Shown here in pieces: positions 33,801-43,893 of a stretch of 64,000 nucleotides of DNA; within the stretch, counting starts at the first letter, position 1; the number at the start of each line of letters is the position of its first letter. The notes under the pieces are model-generated. The model was not told where the DNA came from. It did not search any database and saw nothing but the letters and a program-made list of their open reading frames with translations. The stretch is from Candidatus Pampinifervens sinense (GTDB lineage Bacteria; Aquificota; Aquificia; Aquificales; Aquificaceae). The DNA is taken from contig JAXSPP010000003.1 in the NCBI GenBank assembly GCA_037927135.1, positions 32,001 to 96,000 of the forward strand, given 5' to 3'. Both the position numbers and the translations under genes were made by a program.

Positions 33801-34631
33801 ATGCTTGGTCTATGGCTTGCCATCTTATCCGCCTTCTTTTGGGGAACAAACGACTATTTGAACAAGAGGCTTTTATTAAAGGGACTTGATGAAAACTTTG
33901 TTCTCTGGGTGAGGTTTCCCATAGCCTTTTTGCTTTTGACACCCTTTGGACTCTATTACTGGGATATGAGCCTTAAGCTTTTCCTTTACAGCCTCATCTG
34001 GCTTCCTTTGGAGGTTTTGGGTGGTGTGCTCTTTATGAAGGGCCTAAAGTATGCACCCCTTTCTACAGCCCTCTCCTTCTACTCCTTTATGCCAGTCTTT
34101 TCGGCCTTCTTTGGCTGGCTTTTGCTTTCCGAAAGGCCTTCCCTTTTAGGCCTTCTTGGCATAGGTCTTATCATTCTGGCAAGCCTAATAATGGTAGGCT
34201 TTTCACCAAGGGACTTTTTAAAGAGAAACTGGGGCGTGGTATACATGCTCCTTTCTACAGCCATATTTGGCTTTAACGTCATAATAGGAAAGCTATCGGT
34301 GGTAGAAAGCAATGGCCTATTCTTCAGCTGGTACTACTGCTTGCTAATGGGCTTTGGCTCTCTAATCTTTGTAAAACCCCACCATCTAGTTAAGTTGGAA
34401 AACTATAAACATTGGGAGGTTCCAGCGGTAGGGCTTTTCTTCGCCTTAGGTGATGTGCTTTACAACCTTGCCTTGCTCTACACCTTGTCCTCCTATGTAG
34501 CCTCCGCAGAAAGGCTTTCTCTTTTGATAGCTATCATGTATGGAAGGATCTTTTTAGGTGAGAACTTGGGCAAGGCCCTATTGCCAGCTATCCTTATGAT
34601 AATAGGCAATATGCTCATAGGCTTTGGTTAA
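33801..34631 (+). CDS. DMT/EamA family transporter
   Basis: About 10 TM helices in two repeats. Confidence 0.85.
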   Translation: MLGLWLAILSAFFWGTNDYLNKRLLLKGLDENFVLWVRFPIAFLLLTPFGLYYWDMSLKLFLYSLIWLPLEVLGGVLFMKGLKYAPLSTALSFYSFMPVFSAFFGWLLLSERPSLLGLLGIGLIILASLIMVGFSPRDFLKRNWGVVYMLLSTAIFGFNVIIGKLSVVESNGLFFSWYYCLLMGFGSLIFVKPHHLVKLENYKHWEVPAVGLFFALGDVLYNLALLYTLSSYVASAERLSLLIAIMYGRIFLGENLGKALLPAILMIIGNMLIGFG

Positions 34632-35640
34632 AAAAGGCCTTTGTCTTTAAAAGCACCTCTTGCCACTCTTTTTCAGGCACAGAATCCCAAACTATGCCCG
34701 CACCAGCATAGTAAGAAAGCCTATCAGAAGATCCTATGGCCGTCCTTATAAGCACGCTTAAAGTAAAATCTTCTCCCTTCAGCAAGCCCGCACATCCGCA
34801 GTAGTATTCCCTATTGTGAGGCTCCAAAAGGTCTATTACTTCCACAGCTTTCCTCTTTGGAGCACCCACCACAGAAGCGGGTGGAAAGGTAGCCATTAGT
34901 ATGTTCTGAAGGCTTTCTCCAGTTTTTGCCACAACAGAAGAATGCATCTGATAAAGAGTTCTAAACTTTTCAATCTTAAAGAGCTCTTCCACCTTTACAC
35001 TGCAAGGGAAAGCCACCTTAGAAAGGTCATTTCTTACCATATCTGTTATCATAAGGTTCTCAGCCTTATCCTTTTGACTCCTCTCCAGATCCCTTTTCCT
35101 CCTTGCTGTACCCTTTATGGGCTTGCTTATGATAGTTTCTCCCCTTTTCTCCAAGAACAGCTCCATTGAGCCACTCATAAGGTAGAAATCGTCCATATCT
35201 AAGAAGAAGGCATAGGGAACAGGTTGTGATCTGTAATACTTTAGAAAAAGGTCAATGGGGGAGCCTTCTAAGAAAAAATCAAACCTGCATGTGAGATTGA
35301 TCTGGTATACAACACCTTCCGCAATAAGCTCCTTTACCCTTCTTACTCCATCCATATAGCCCCTATCGTCAAAGGATGAGCCAAGTAGGGTAAGCTTTGC
35401 ACCTTTGGCCCTTCTTTTGAAGGCAGAAAGGCCAGACAGTTCAAGAAGTATGACCTTTGGATACTTAGGCTCCTTCAGTGATAAGTTGAGCGTTTGGGAG
35501 GCAAGATGATAGGAAAGGAGGAGGAAGCCAAGATCTACCCCTTTTATATCCCCTATGGAGTCAAGTATATGAACCCTTTTTATGTTTGCCACAATTAGAC
35601 CATCTTCCCCCAACCACTGGCCTGATAGAACAAGCTCCAT
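34615..35640 (-). CDS. Chorismate-binding enzyme (PabB/TrpE component I-like)
   Basis: YQINLT, SMELF, KPIKGT, KDKAENLMITDMVRNDL, GAGIVWDS. Confidence 0.88.
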   Translation of the reverse strand: MELVLSGQWLGEDGLIVANIKRVHILDSIGDIKGVDLGFLLLSYHLASQTLNLSLKEPKYPKVILLELSGLSAFKRRAKGAKLTLLGSSFDDRGYMDGVRRVKELIAEGVVYQINLTCRFDFFLEGSPIDLFLKYYRSQPVPYAFFLDMDDFYLMSGSMELFLEKRGETIISKPIKGTARRKRDLERSQKDKAENLMITDMVRNDLSKVAFPCSVKVEELFKIEKFRTLYQMHSSVVAKTGESLQNILMATFPPASVVGAPKRKAVEVIDLLEPHNREYYCGCAGLLKGEDFTLSVLIRTAIGSSDRLSYYAGAGIVWDSVPEKEWQEVLLKTKAFFNQSL

Positions 35641-36129
35641 TTAAAGGTTTTTCCTCCACTCCTCCACCATCCTTTCATCCACATCAACCAGAACAACCCT
35701 CTTAAGGCTCTTTGCTTCAAAAGCTTTTATCTCTTCTATCATAGCCCTTGCGGCCACATCCTTTGGAAGCCTGCCCACACCAGTCCCCATACCCGGCATA
35801 GCAATACTTTCAAAGCCAAGCTTGTCAGCCAACTCAAGGGAAGCTCTTACAGCCTTCCTTACCTTCTCTTCTGTTGTTTCCATCGCAGGCTCTTCCATAG
35901 TGGGCGCATGTATAACACCCTTAAAGGGAAGCCTTCCAGCTGTTGTGATTATGGCAGAACCCACTGGTATAGGAGCCTTCTTTATAGCTTCTTTTTCTAT
36001 ATCCTCCCCTCCAGCCCTCTTTATCACTCCTGCCACACCACCACCCATATAGCCATAAGAGTTGGCCGGATTTACAATAGCATCCACCTTTACATCAAGT
36101 AAGCTTCCTAAAAGAACTTCAATCTGCAT
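35641..36129 (-). CDS. Macro domain protein (ADP-ribose binding/hydrolase)
   Basis: DAIVNPANS, MGGGVAG, VIHAPTM, PGMGTGVG. Confidence 0.92.
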   Translation of the reverse strand: MQIEVLLGSLLDVKVDAIVNPANSYGYMGGGVAGVIKRAGGEDIEKEAIKKAPIPVGSAIITTAGRLPFKGVIHAPTMEEPAMETTEEKVRKAVRASLELADKLGFESIAMPGMGTGVGRLPKDVAARAMIEEIKAFEAKSLKRVVLVDVDERMVEEWRKNL

Positions 36130-36139
36130 GGTTTTAAAG

Positions 36140-36213
36140 CGTCCCCGGGAGGATTCGAACCTCCGACCTCGAGATTAGGAATCTCGCGCTCTATCCTTCT
36201 GAGCTACGGGGAC
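36140..36213 (-). tRNA. tRNA-Arg (anticodon CCT), CCA not encoded
   Basis: Reverse complement GTCCCCGTAGCTCAGAAGGATAGAGCGCGAGATTCCTAATCTCGAGGTCGGAGGTTCGAATCCTCCCGGGGACG folds as a cloverleaf with acceptor stem GTCCCCG/CGGGGAC. Confidence 0.95.
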
Positions 36214-36312
36214 TAATACATAATTATACCACCTGAGGGTTCATTTATCAAGGGAGTATATTAAATTTCACTTTTGTAAAACTAGCCTAAATCACCTCAA
36301 TCTTTACTCAAT

Positions 36313-36321
36313 GGTATAATA
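36313..36321 (+). promoter_or_regulatory. Extended -10 promoter (TGGTATAAT) for the fbp operon
   Basis: TGnTATAAT followed by SD AGGAGG and ATG 36346. Confidence 0.55.
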
Positions 36322-36345
36322 TTAGAAAAAGCGTAGGAGGTGGTC

Positions 36346-37491
36346 ATGAAGATAACCCTAAGCGTTATAAAGGCGGATATAGGGGGTTATGTGGGGCACT
36401 CTTCCGCCCATCCTGAGGTGGTGGAAAAGGTAAAGGAGGTAGGATTGAGGGAGGTGGAAAAGGGCAACCTTATTGATTGTGATGTTCTTGTGTGCGGTGA
36501 TGATATTGCTTTGGTGATGACACACCAGCATGGTGTGGATAGTGAGCTTGTGCATGGTATAGCTTGGAGAGCCTTTGAAGAGGGCACTCAGGTGGCCAAA
36601 AAGCTAAAACTTTACGGTGCTGGACAGGACCTCCTTTCGGACACCTTTTCTGGCAATGTAAAAGGCATGGGCCCCGGTGTTGCAGAGATGGAGTTTGAAG
36701 AGAGGCCTTCCGAGCCTGTGGTAGTCTTCTTTGCAGACAAGACTGCTCCAAGCGCATGGAATTTGCCCCTTTATGAGATGTTTGCAGACCCTATGGTCTG
36801 TGCAGGTCTTGTGATAGACCCAAAGATGCATGAAGGCTTCACCTTTGAGGTGCTAGACACCTACACAGGAAAGGCTGTAAAGCTATCCACTCCGGCGGAG
36901 CTTTATGACCTTTTGGCCCTCATTGGCACTGTAGAGAGGTATGCGGTAAAAAGTGTATGGAGGAACTCGGACGGTGAGATAGCGGCTGTAGCTTCTACTC
37001 AAAGGCTTTCTTTGATAGCTGGCAAGTATGTGGGTAAGGATGATCCTGTTATGATAGTGAGGGCTCAGTCTGGCTTTCCTGCCATAGGAGAGATACTTGA
37101 GCCCTTTGCAAGGCCATGGATTGTGGAGGGTTGGATGAGAGGTTCTCACAATGGACCTCTTATGCCCGTATCCTTTAAGTATGCCACACCTACTAGGTTT
37201 GATGGGCCACCAAGGGTCATAGCGGCTGGCTACCAGATAGCCAACGGAAAGCTTATAGGCCCAAGGGACCTCTTTGATGACCCAGCCTTTGATAAGGCAA
37301 GGGAGCAAGCCCAGCTTATAGCGGACATTTTGAGGCGTCAAGGCATCTTTGAACCCCACAGGCTTCCTTCTGAAGAGATGGAGTATACCACCTTGCCCAA
37401 GATACTCAAAAAGCTTGAAGAGAGGTTCTATGACCTTGAAGAGGGCAAAAAGGCACCCACAGGAGAAGAACATCATACGGAGACGGACTGA
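36346..37491 (+). CDS. fbp: Bifunctional fructose-1,6-bisphosphate aldolase/phosphatase (FBPase class V)
   Basis: SVIKADIGG-VGH, GDDI, LYGAGQDLL, GKYVGKDDP, GWMRGSH, FDGPPR, EMEYTTL. Confidence 0.95.
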   Translation: MKITLSVIKADIGGYVGHSSAHPEVVEKVKEVGLREVEKGNLIDCDVLVCGDDIALVMTHQHGVDSELVHGIAWRAFEEGTQVAKKLKLYGAGQDLLSDTFSGNVKGMGPGVAEMEFEERPSEPVVVFFADKTAPSAWNLPLYEMFADPMVCAGLVIDPKMHEGFTFEVLDTYTGKAVKLSTPAELYDLLALIGTVERYAVKSVWRNSDGEIAAVASTQRLSLIAGKYVGKDDPVMIVRAQSGFPAIGEILEPFARPWIVEGWMRGSHNGPLMPVSFKYATPTRFDGPPRVIAAGYQIANGKLIGPRDLFDDPAFDKAREQAQLIADILRRQGIFEPHRLPSEEMEYTTLPKILKKLEERFYDLEEGKKAPTGEEHHTETD

Positions 37492-37943
37492 TGGATAGGA
37501 TATACAGCATAGAGGAAAGGGTTGTCCTTATAGTGAAGGAGTTTACAGAGGACCTTGACAAAAAGGAGCCCTTTCCTTCCCACCTTTCTGAATATAGGTT
37601 TAGATTAAAGTCCAAGCTTGTGGAGCTTATAAACCAGTTTACAGATCCGCAGATGAGGAATGCAAGCTTTGATAGTGCCCTTGAGGGCATAATGAAAAGC
37701 TTAGAAGAGGCCATAAATCACTTGGACCTTCAAGATAGGGAGAAGCTACATCGTTTTATAAGAAGCCTTGAGGAGACCAACGAAGTATTAAAAGAGTTTC
37801 TATATGGAGATCAGATAAGGGACAAGTCGGTGCTTTCAAAAGTGTCTGGAAGGATAGGAGAATGGATAGAAAACCTTAGGATGGAGTTTAAGAGGAGGCA
37901 TGGAGGCCTTCTGAACTTCCTAAAATCCCTCTTTGGTAAATGA
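37491..37943 (+). CDS. Hypothetical helical protein
   Basis: 150 aa, host-like codons, start overlaps the fbp stop. Confidence 0.6.
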   Translation: MDRIYSIEERVVLIVKEFTEDLDKKEPFPSHLSEYRFRLKSKLVELINQFTDPQMRNASFDSALEGIMKSLEEAINHLDLQDREKLHRFIRSLEETNEVLKEFLYGDQIRDKSVLSKVSGRIGEWIENLRMEFKRRHGGLLNFLKSLFGK

Positions 37944-38659
37944 TAGCCTTTTTTGTAGTCTTTTTTGCTTGGTTTTTTCAATCTATAACAGGCTTTGGTG
38001 CGGGTATATTCATAATAGGTATTCTGTCCCTCTTTTACAATCCAAAGATGGTTATAGTCTCCTCCGCCATATTTAACCTTTTGGGAACCCTAAGTCTCAT
38101 ATACCAAAACAGGAAAGGAAGGGTGGAGTATGCTTTGCTTTTTCAGCTCATACTTGGCTCCATCCCGGGCATCTACTTAGGAGCCTATATACTTGATAGA
38201 ATAGGAAACAGGGAGCTCCTTTTTATAGTGGCTACCTTTATCATCCTCCTTGGCCTTTATGACCTTGGAGTTCATAAGGGGTGGCTAAGGATAAGGTTAG
38301 GGGATCATATGGGTGTGCCTATGGGCTTTTTAGGTGGATTTTTTGCAGGGCTTGTGGGTATGGGTGGTCCTCCACCTTTAGTTTTCCTTGCCCAACGCCT
38401 AAAAGACCCTCAATCCATAAAGCTTATGCTAAACATCTACTTTACATCAAACATCCTTTTCAGATTGAGCTTCTACAATTATTTGGATGTAGTTGTCCTT
38501 GATATGGGCTTCCTGTTTTTTGGCTTGATGGGCCTTCTGCTTGGCCTTTTGTTAGGGAACCTTTTTACAGAAAGGCTTTCTGCGGAGCGCTACAGGGCTA
38601 GCATCCCCTACATGGTAATAGCGCTTGGTTTCGTCCTTCTGGTCTTTGAAGTAATATAA
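37940..38659 (+). CDS. TauE/SafE (TSUP) sulfite exporter family protein
   Basis: QSITGFGAG, GLVGMGGPP, multiple TM helices. Confidence 0.88.
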   Translation: MIAFFVVFFAWFFQSITGFGAGIFIIGILSLFYNPKMVIVSSAIFNLLGTLSLIYQNRKGRVEYALLFQLILGSIPGIYLGAYILDRIGNRELLFIVATFIILLGLYDLGVHKGWLRIRLGDHMGVPMGFLGGFFAGLVGMGGPPPLVFLAQRLKDPQSIKLMLNIYFTSNILFRLSFYNYLDVVVLDMGFLFFGLMGLLLGLLLGNLFTERLSAERYRASIPYMVIALGFVLLVFEVI

Positions 38660-38667
38660 TAATTGAG

Positions 38668-39573
38668 ATGAAGGTAGGGTATGTAGCCATAGTAGGAAAG
38701 CCCAATGTAGGTAAGTCCACTTTACTCAACCAGATACTAGGGACAAAGGTGTCCATCATCTCTCCAAAACCTGGCACCACCCGTATAAGGGTCTTGGGTG
38801 TCAAAAACATACCGGGAGAGGCCCAGATAATCTTCCTTGATACTCCCGGTATATACAGGCCAAAGGATGCCCTCGGTGAGGCCATGGTAAGCGTGGCAAA
38901 GTCTTCTCTGGACGATGCAGACATCATACTCTTCATGATAGATGCGGAGGATGGATTTAAGGAGGATGACAGACAAGTCTTTGAAAACCACATAAAGCCC
39001 TACGCTGGTAAAAAGCACATCTTCCTTGTAATAAACAAAGTGGACAAGGTAGGTCATGTGGGCAACTTATTACCTTTGGCCGATGAGCTATCAAAGAAAT
39101 ATCCAGAGTTTGAGGAGATCATTCCCATAAGCGCTTTAAAAGGTTATAACATAGATGAACTTTTAAAGGTAATACTTAAATACCTTCCTGAGGGTGAGCC
39201 CCTCTTTCCAGAGGATATGGTAACCGACCTTCCCTTCAGGCTCATGGCTGCTGAGATAATAAGGGAAAAGGTTCTTCTGAAGGTTCATCAGGAGATACCA
39301 CAAGGTGTGGCTGTGATGGTGACGGAGGTGTCCGAGGGGAGACATGATCCAAGTGTGTTGGTTATAAAGGCGGAGATAATAGTGGATAGGGAAAACTACA
39401 AGCCCATAATAATAGGGAAGGGAGGACAGAGGATAAAGTCCATAGGAAAGATGGCAAGGGAGGAGCTAGAGCTTATAACGGGTAGGAAGGTCTATCTTGA
39501 GCTCTTTGTGCGCGTAAAGCCAGACTGGAAGAAGAGGCCAGAGCTAGTCAAGGGCTTTGGATACACCCTCTGA
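38668..39573 (+). CDS. era: GTPase Era
   Basis: GKPNVGKST, DTPG, NKVD, ISA, KH domain IIIGKGG. Confidence 0.97.
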   Translation: MKVGYVAIVGKPNVGKSTLLNQILGTKVSIISPKPGTTRIRVLGVKNIPGEAQIIFLDTPGIYRPKDALGEAMVSVAKSSLDDADIILFMIDAEDGFKEDDRQVFENHIKPYAGKKHIFLVINKVDKVGHVGNLLPLADELSKKYPEFEEIIPISALKGYNIDELLKVILKYLPEGEPLFPEDMVTDLPFRLMAAEIIREKVLLKVHQEIPQGVAVMVTEVSEGRHDPSVLVIKAEIIVDRENYKPIIIGKGGQRIKSIGKMAREELELITGRKVYLELFVRVKPDWKKRPELVKGFGYTL

Positions 39574-39720
39574 AAGCACTATAATCACATCTGCCTTCTT
39601 GGAAAAATCCTTTTTAATATCCTCTTCTCTTTCCGCCTGAGCCACCACCATACCCCTTTTCAAAAGCCTATGGGTGAGACTTTTGGCTACCCTTTTGTCC
39701 TTTATTTTTAACACCTTCAT
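39544..39720 (-). CDS. Small hypothetical protein (58 aa), absent from ORF track
   Basis: MKVLKIKDKRVAKSLTHRLLKRGMVVAQAEREEDIKKDFSKKADVIIVLSEGVSKALD. ATGA overlap with the DUF302 stop; fills the gap. Confidence 0.6.
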   Translation of the reverse strand: MKVLKIKDKRVAKSLTHRLLKRGMVVAQAEREEDIKKDFSKKADVIIVLSEGVSKALD

Positions 39721-40097
39721 AAGCTTTCCTCCATTATCTTCTTCATCAGCTCTTCCACCTCTTTGGCTACCTCTTCTAGCTCCGGCCTCTTGAAAAGCTC
39801 AAGCATAGCCGTTGGTGCCATTGTGCTCACCTTTGTCTTTCCATCCTCCTCAAATATGGCTATCCTGCAAGGCATGGCTGTGGATATGTAGGGGTCTTTG
39901 GAGAGCACTTGGCTTGCATGCCTTGGAGAGCAAACCTCCACTATAACACACTTGTAGCTTATTGGCACACCCTTGCTCTCCAGTATGTTGGAAACTTCAT
40001 GAACTGCCATAACACCAAAGCCGTTGGCCTTTGCCTTCTCTTCAATGGCTTTTCTGACCTCTTCCACACTCTTTGTTGTCTCATAGCTTATCAGCAT
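39717..40097 (-). CDS. DUF302 domain protein
   Basis: GFGVMAVH, EVCSP, MPCRIAIFE. Confidence 0.85.
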   Translation of the reverse strand: MLISYETTKSVEEVRKAIEEKAKANGFGVMAVHEVSNILESKGVPISYKCVIVEVCSPRHASQVLSKDPYISTAMPCRIAIFEEDGKTKVSTMAPTAMLELFKRPELEEVAKEVEELMKKIMEESL

Positions 40098-40130
40098 CTT
40101 TCCACCTCCTTACTGGAAAGTATAATATCC

Positions 40131-42065
40131 TTATTTTAAAATTTGGTTAAGCTTTTCAAACTTTCTACAGCTTTGACCCTCACATACCACAAGGCCATCC
40201 ACAGGAGCCTTTACCACAAACTTGAAGGGTCTAAACAGCCTTAGGGCCTCTTCAAAAAAGCTCTCCGTTTCCACCTTGTATATGCCCTTAAGGTATGCGT
40301 AAAGGCTTATAAGGTATGAGTGTGAGGCCATAGGCACTTCTCTTACAAACCTTGAGAAGGCTTGAAGAGTCTTTTCTGCGTAGTCTATAAAGCTACCATC
40401 TCCAGTAAGAGTTCCCAAAAGCAAAAGGGTATATCCAGCAGATCCGTTTACAGACTGAGTGGGTGTGTCCTGTAGGTTCTTTAACCTCACCTTTAAGAGG
40501 CCCTCACCTTCCAAGGCAGAGTCATAAAAGCCCCAGTCTTGGCTGTCCCAGAAAAGGTCTAGGGCTTTTTTCATAATATCTGAAGCTAGGTCAAGATATT
40601 CCTTCTTCTGCGTTATCTCAAAAAGAGAAAGAAGGGCCTGTGAAAGAAAGACATAGTCTTCGGAGAAGCCTTCCACACCCTCTCTATGGTATAGCTTGCC
40701 CTCCTTGTAGTATTCCTTTATAAGCCTTTCTGCCGTCCTCTCGGCCATAAGCCTTGCAGACTCATCTCCAAAGACCTTCCAGTAATCACAAAGACCGGTT
40801 ATCATAAGGGCATTCCAATTGGTGTATATGGTCTTGTCTATGTAGGGCATTTCTCTAGACTTTTCCCTATACTCAAGAAGCTTTGCCTTTATAGAATCCA
40901 CAAGCTTCTCTATCTCTTCTGATGGCATGTTTAGAACTTTGGAGATTTCCTCCTCTTCCATGTTTATGTAAAGCACCTTCCTTTGGGGCTCATGGGGCAT
41001 TCCTGCAAAGCCAAAGTATAGCGTGGCCACCTTTAACTCCTCTGGTGTGAGGACCTTTTCTAGCTCTTCCTGCCTAAAGGTGTAATAGCCACCCTCTTCA
41101 AGCTTCCCTATATCCGCATCCTGAGAGGCATAAAAGCCACCCCTCTCATCGTAGCCATAGGCCTTGTAATATTTAAGGATGCCTTCCGCAACCTTTTTAT
41201 AGAGCTTTTTACCAAAGGCCTTATAGGCTATGGAGTAAAGGCTAAGAAGTTCTGCATTGTCGTATAGCATCTTTTCAAAGTGTGGTATATGCCACCTCTC
41301 ATCGGTAGAATACCTAAAAAATCCGCCAAGAAGGTGGTCATAGACTCCACCCCTTGCCATGGCATCCAAGGAAAGGCTTATGGCCTTTTCTAGCACTGGT
41401 GAAGGCACAAAGTAGTTGTGGTATATGAGAAGTTCAAAAGCCTTTGCATGATGGAACTTGGGCGCGCTTCCCACACCGCCATGCTCATAGTCCAAGCTGG
41501 CAAGCAAAGTAGAAATACCCCTTTCAAGAAGGCTCCAGTCTACTAGGTCCTTAAAGCTTTGCTTGCTATAGTTTAAAAGGCTTTCATATATGCTTTCTGC
41601 GGACCTGAGAATCCTATCCCTTTCTTCTTTCCAAAGCTGTGCTATTCTTAGGAGAAGGCTTTTAAAGCCAGGCCTTCCCCATCGGTCTTCCGGTGGAAAG
41701 TAGGTGCCCCCAAAGAAGGCCTTCCCATCGGGTGTCAAAAAGACAGTTAAGGGCCAACCCCCAGAGCCTGTGAGGGCCACAACCACCTCCTGATACCTTC
41801 TGTCTATATCGGGCCTCTCATCCCTATCCACTTTGATTGGAACAAAGTTCTCGTTTATTATCTTGGCTATTTCTGGATTTTCAAAGCTCTCATGGGACAT
41901 CACATGACACCAATGGCACCAAACACCACCTATGGAAAGCAAAATGGGCTTGTCCTCTTCCTTGGCCTTTTGAAAGGCCTCTTCCGACCACTCATACCAG
42001 TCCACCGGCTGGTAGGCAGACTTTCTAAGATAGGGACTCTTTGAATTTATAAGTCTATTGGGCAT
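40131..42065 (-). CDS. YyaL/SSP411 (DUF255 thioredoxin domain) protein
   Basis: [55 protein letters not shown]. Confidence 0.92.
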   Translation of the reverse strand: MPNRLINSKSPYLRKSAYQPVDWYEWSEEAFQKAKEEDKPILLSIGGVWCHWCHVMSHESFENPEIAKIINENFVPIKVDRDERPDIDRRYQEVVVALTGSGGWPLTVFLTPDGKAFFGGTYFPPEDRWGRPGFKSLLLRIAQLWKEERDRILRSAESIYESLLNYSKQSFKDLVDWSLLERGISTLLASLDYEHGGVGSAPKFHHAKAFELLIYHNYFVPSPVLEKAISLSLDAMARGGVYDHLLGGFFRYSTDERWHIPHFEKMLYDNAELLSLYSIAYKAFGKKLYKKVAEGILKYYKAYGYDERGGFYASQDADIGKLEEGGYYTFRQEELEKVLTPEELKVATLYFGFAGMPHEPQRKVLYINMEEEEISKVLNMPSEEIEKLVDSIKAKLLEYREKSREMPYIDKTIYTNWNALMITGLCDYWKVFGDESARLMAERTAERLIKEYYKEGKLYHREGVEGFSEDYVFLSQALLSLFEITQKKEYLDLASDIMKKALDLFWDSQDWGFYDSALEGEGLLKVRLKNLQDTPTQSVNGSAGYTLLLLGTLTGDGSFIDYAEKTLQAFSRFVREVPMASHSYLISLYAYLKGIYKVETESFFEEALRLFRPFKFVVKAPVDGLVVCEGQSCRKFEKLNQILK

Positions 42066-42082
42066 TGTTTTTACCTCCTTAA

Positions 42083-43360
42083 TTATTCTCTTCTTACCCT
42101 TACCGCATAAAAGTGGGCATAAAGGCCCTCAGCCTTTGCTATACTTTCTGCAGCTTCAGCCACCTTTTCAAAGCCTTCCTTTGAAAGGTATATAACAGAG
42201 CTCCTCTTTAGGAAATGGTAAACACCTAAGGGTGAGAAGAACCTGGCAGTGCCACCAGTAGGTAGTGTATGGTTGGGGCCAAGCACGTAATCGCCAAGGG
42301 GCTCGGTGGCATACTTGCCAAGGAATATGGCCCCAGCATGTTTTATGTAAGGCAAGAGGGAAAAGGGGTCTTCTGTGAGAACCTCAAGGTGCTCTGGGGC
42401 TATGTGGTTTGCCACCTCACAGGCCTGGTATAGGTCCTCCACAATGAATATAGTGCCAAACCTCTCTATGGCCTTTTTCGCTATCTCCTTTCTTGGGAAG
42501 TCCTCAAGGAGTTTTTCTACCCAGTGGGCCACCTCTTTGGCGTATTCCTCATCGGTGGTTATCATAAAGGCACCAGCAAGCTCATCGTGCTCAGCCTGAG
42601 AGAGAAGGTCGCTAGCAGTCCATTTGGGATCAACGCTCCCGTCTGCTATGATGAGTATCTCAGAGGGTCCAGCTATCATGTCTATGTCCACAACACCGTA
42701 TAAAAGCTTTTTGGCAAGGGCCACGTATATGTTTCCAGGACCTACGATTTTGTCTACCTTTGGCAAACTTTGGGTGCCAAAGGCAAGCCCAGCTATTGCC
42801 TGAGCTCCACCTATCTGATATACCTTACTCACACCGGCTATAAAGGCCGCCGCAAGGGTGTATTTGTTTGGCTTTGGAGAGACCATTATCACCTCTTCCA
42901 CTCCGGCCACCACCGCAGGAACTGCGTTCATCAAAACTGTAGAAGGATAGGCCGCCTTTCCGCCTGGCACGTATATGCCAACCCTCTCAAGAGGAAGAAC
43001 CCTATTACCTAGCAGTATGCCCTCCTCTTCCACAAAAAAGCTTCTCTCCAGCTGTTTTTCATGGAAGCGCCTTATCCTCTCATGGGCTATTTCAAGGGCA
43101 GACTTTACATCCTCTTCCAGTTCATTGTAAGCCTCCTCTAGGACCTCGTAGGGAACCTCCATAGTATCTGGTGTGAGCTCTATGCCGTCAAACCTTTTTG
43201 TGTACTCTATTATGGCACTGTCTCCTTCCTTTTGAACCCTATGTATTATCTCTTTTACCACAGGCTCATATTCTTCCGCTAAAAATTGCCCCCTCTCTTT
43301 TAAAAACTTTAGCCTTTCATTGAACCTCCATGCAGAATGCCTAAGGTCCTCTATACGCAT
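42083..43360 (-). CDS. hisD: Histidinol dehydrogenase
   Basis: [50 protein letters not shown]. Confidence 0.97.
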   Translation of the reverse strand: MRIEDLRHSAWRFNERLKFLKERGQFLAEEYEPVVKEIIHRVQKEGDSAIIEYTKRFDGIELTPDTMEVPYEVLEEAYNELEEDVKSALEIAHERIRRFHEKQLERSFFVEEEGILLGNRVLPLERVGIYVPGGKAAYPSTVLMNAVPAVVAGVEEVIMVSPKPNKYTLAAAFIAGVSKVYQIGGAQAIAGLAFGTQSLPKVDKIVGPGNIYVALAKKLLYGVVDIDMIAGPSEILIIADGSVDPKWTASDLLSQAEHDELAGAFMITTDEEYAKEVAHWVEKLLEDFPRKEIAKKAIERFGTIFIVEDLYQACEVANHIAPEHLEVLTEDPFSLLPYIKHAGAIFLGKYATEPLGDYVLGPNHTLPTGGTARFFSPLGVYHFLKRSSVIYLSKEGFEKVAEAAESIAKAEGLYAHFYAVRVRRE

Positions 43361-43389
43361 GAGTGAAATTATAAGCTATATTTATTCCT

Positions 43390-43893
43390 ATGAGAACCAT
43401 AAGCAAGGAGGAACTAAAAGAGCTATATGAAAAGGACTTTCCTCTTTGGGTGGAGAAAAACTTAGAGCTCCTCAGAGAAAAGGCTTATGACTTGGTAGAT
43501 TGGGAAAACCTTCTGGAGGAGATAGAGGATATGGGCCTAAGGCACCTTGAGAGTTGCATAAGTCATCTGGCTGTAATTTTGGAGCATCTCTACAAATGGG
43601 ATCACTTTAGAGGTCTAACAAAGGCTGGAGAAGAAAAGGGAGGACTTAGCTGGATAAGAAGTGTGGAAAATGCAAGGAAGAGAATAGAGATTCTCTTTAA
43701 GAGGTATCCAAGCCTAAGAGCGAAGCTAAAGCCAGAGCTTGATTATGCATGGGAGGAAGCAGTTATCAGATTACGGGAATGGCTTGACAAAATCGGAGAG
43801 GACCCAGACCAATACCATATTTCAGAAAAATGCCCTTATACCTATGAAGAGGCCATGACGAGGGACTTAAGAAAGGAGATAGAAAAAACTTAA
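43390..43893 (+). CDS. DUF29 family protein
   Basis: LYEKDFPLW, DWENLLEEIEDMG, LEHLYKW, SWIRSV, PSL, CPYT. Confidence 0.88.
   Translation: MRTISKEELKELYEKDFPLWVEKNLELLREKAYDLVDWENLLEEIEDMGLRHLESCISHLAVILEHLYKWDHFRGLTKAGEEKGGLSWIRSVENARKRIEILFKRYPSLRAKLKPELDYAWEEAVIRLREWLDKIGEDPDQYHISEKCPYTYEEAMTRDLRKEIEKT

Noticed and set aside
36130-36340. tRNA as a possible integration site
   Set aside because: No integrase, no duplicated tRNA 3' end seen, and the flanking genes are host-like.
36346-37491. Archaeal-type FBP aldolase/phosphatase in a bacterium
   Set aside because: Well established in Aquificae and other deep-branching thermophiles.
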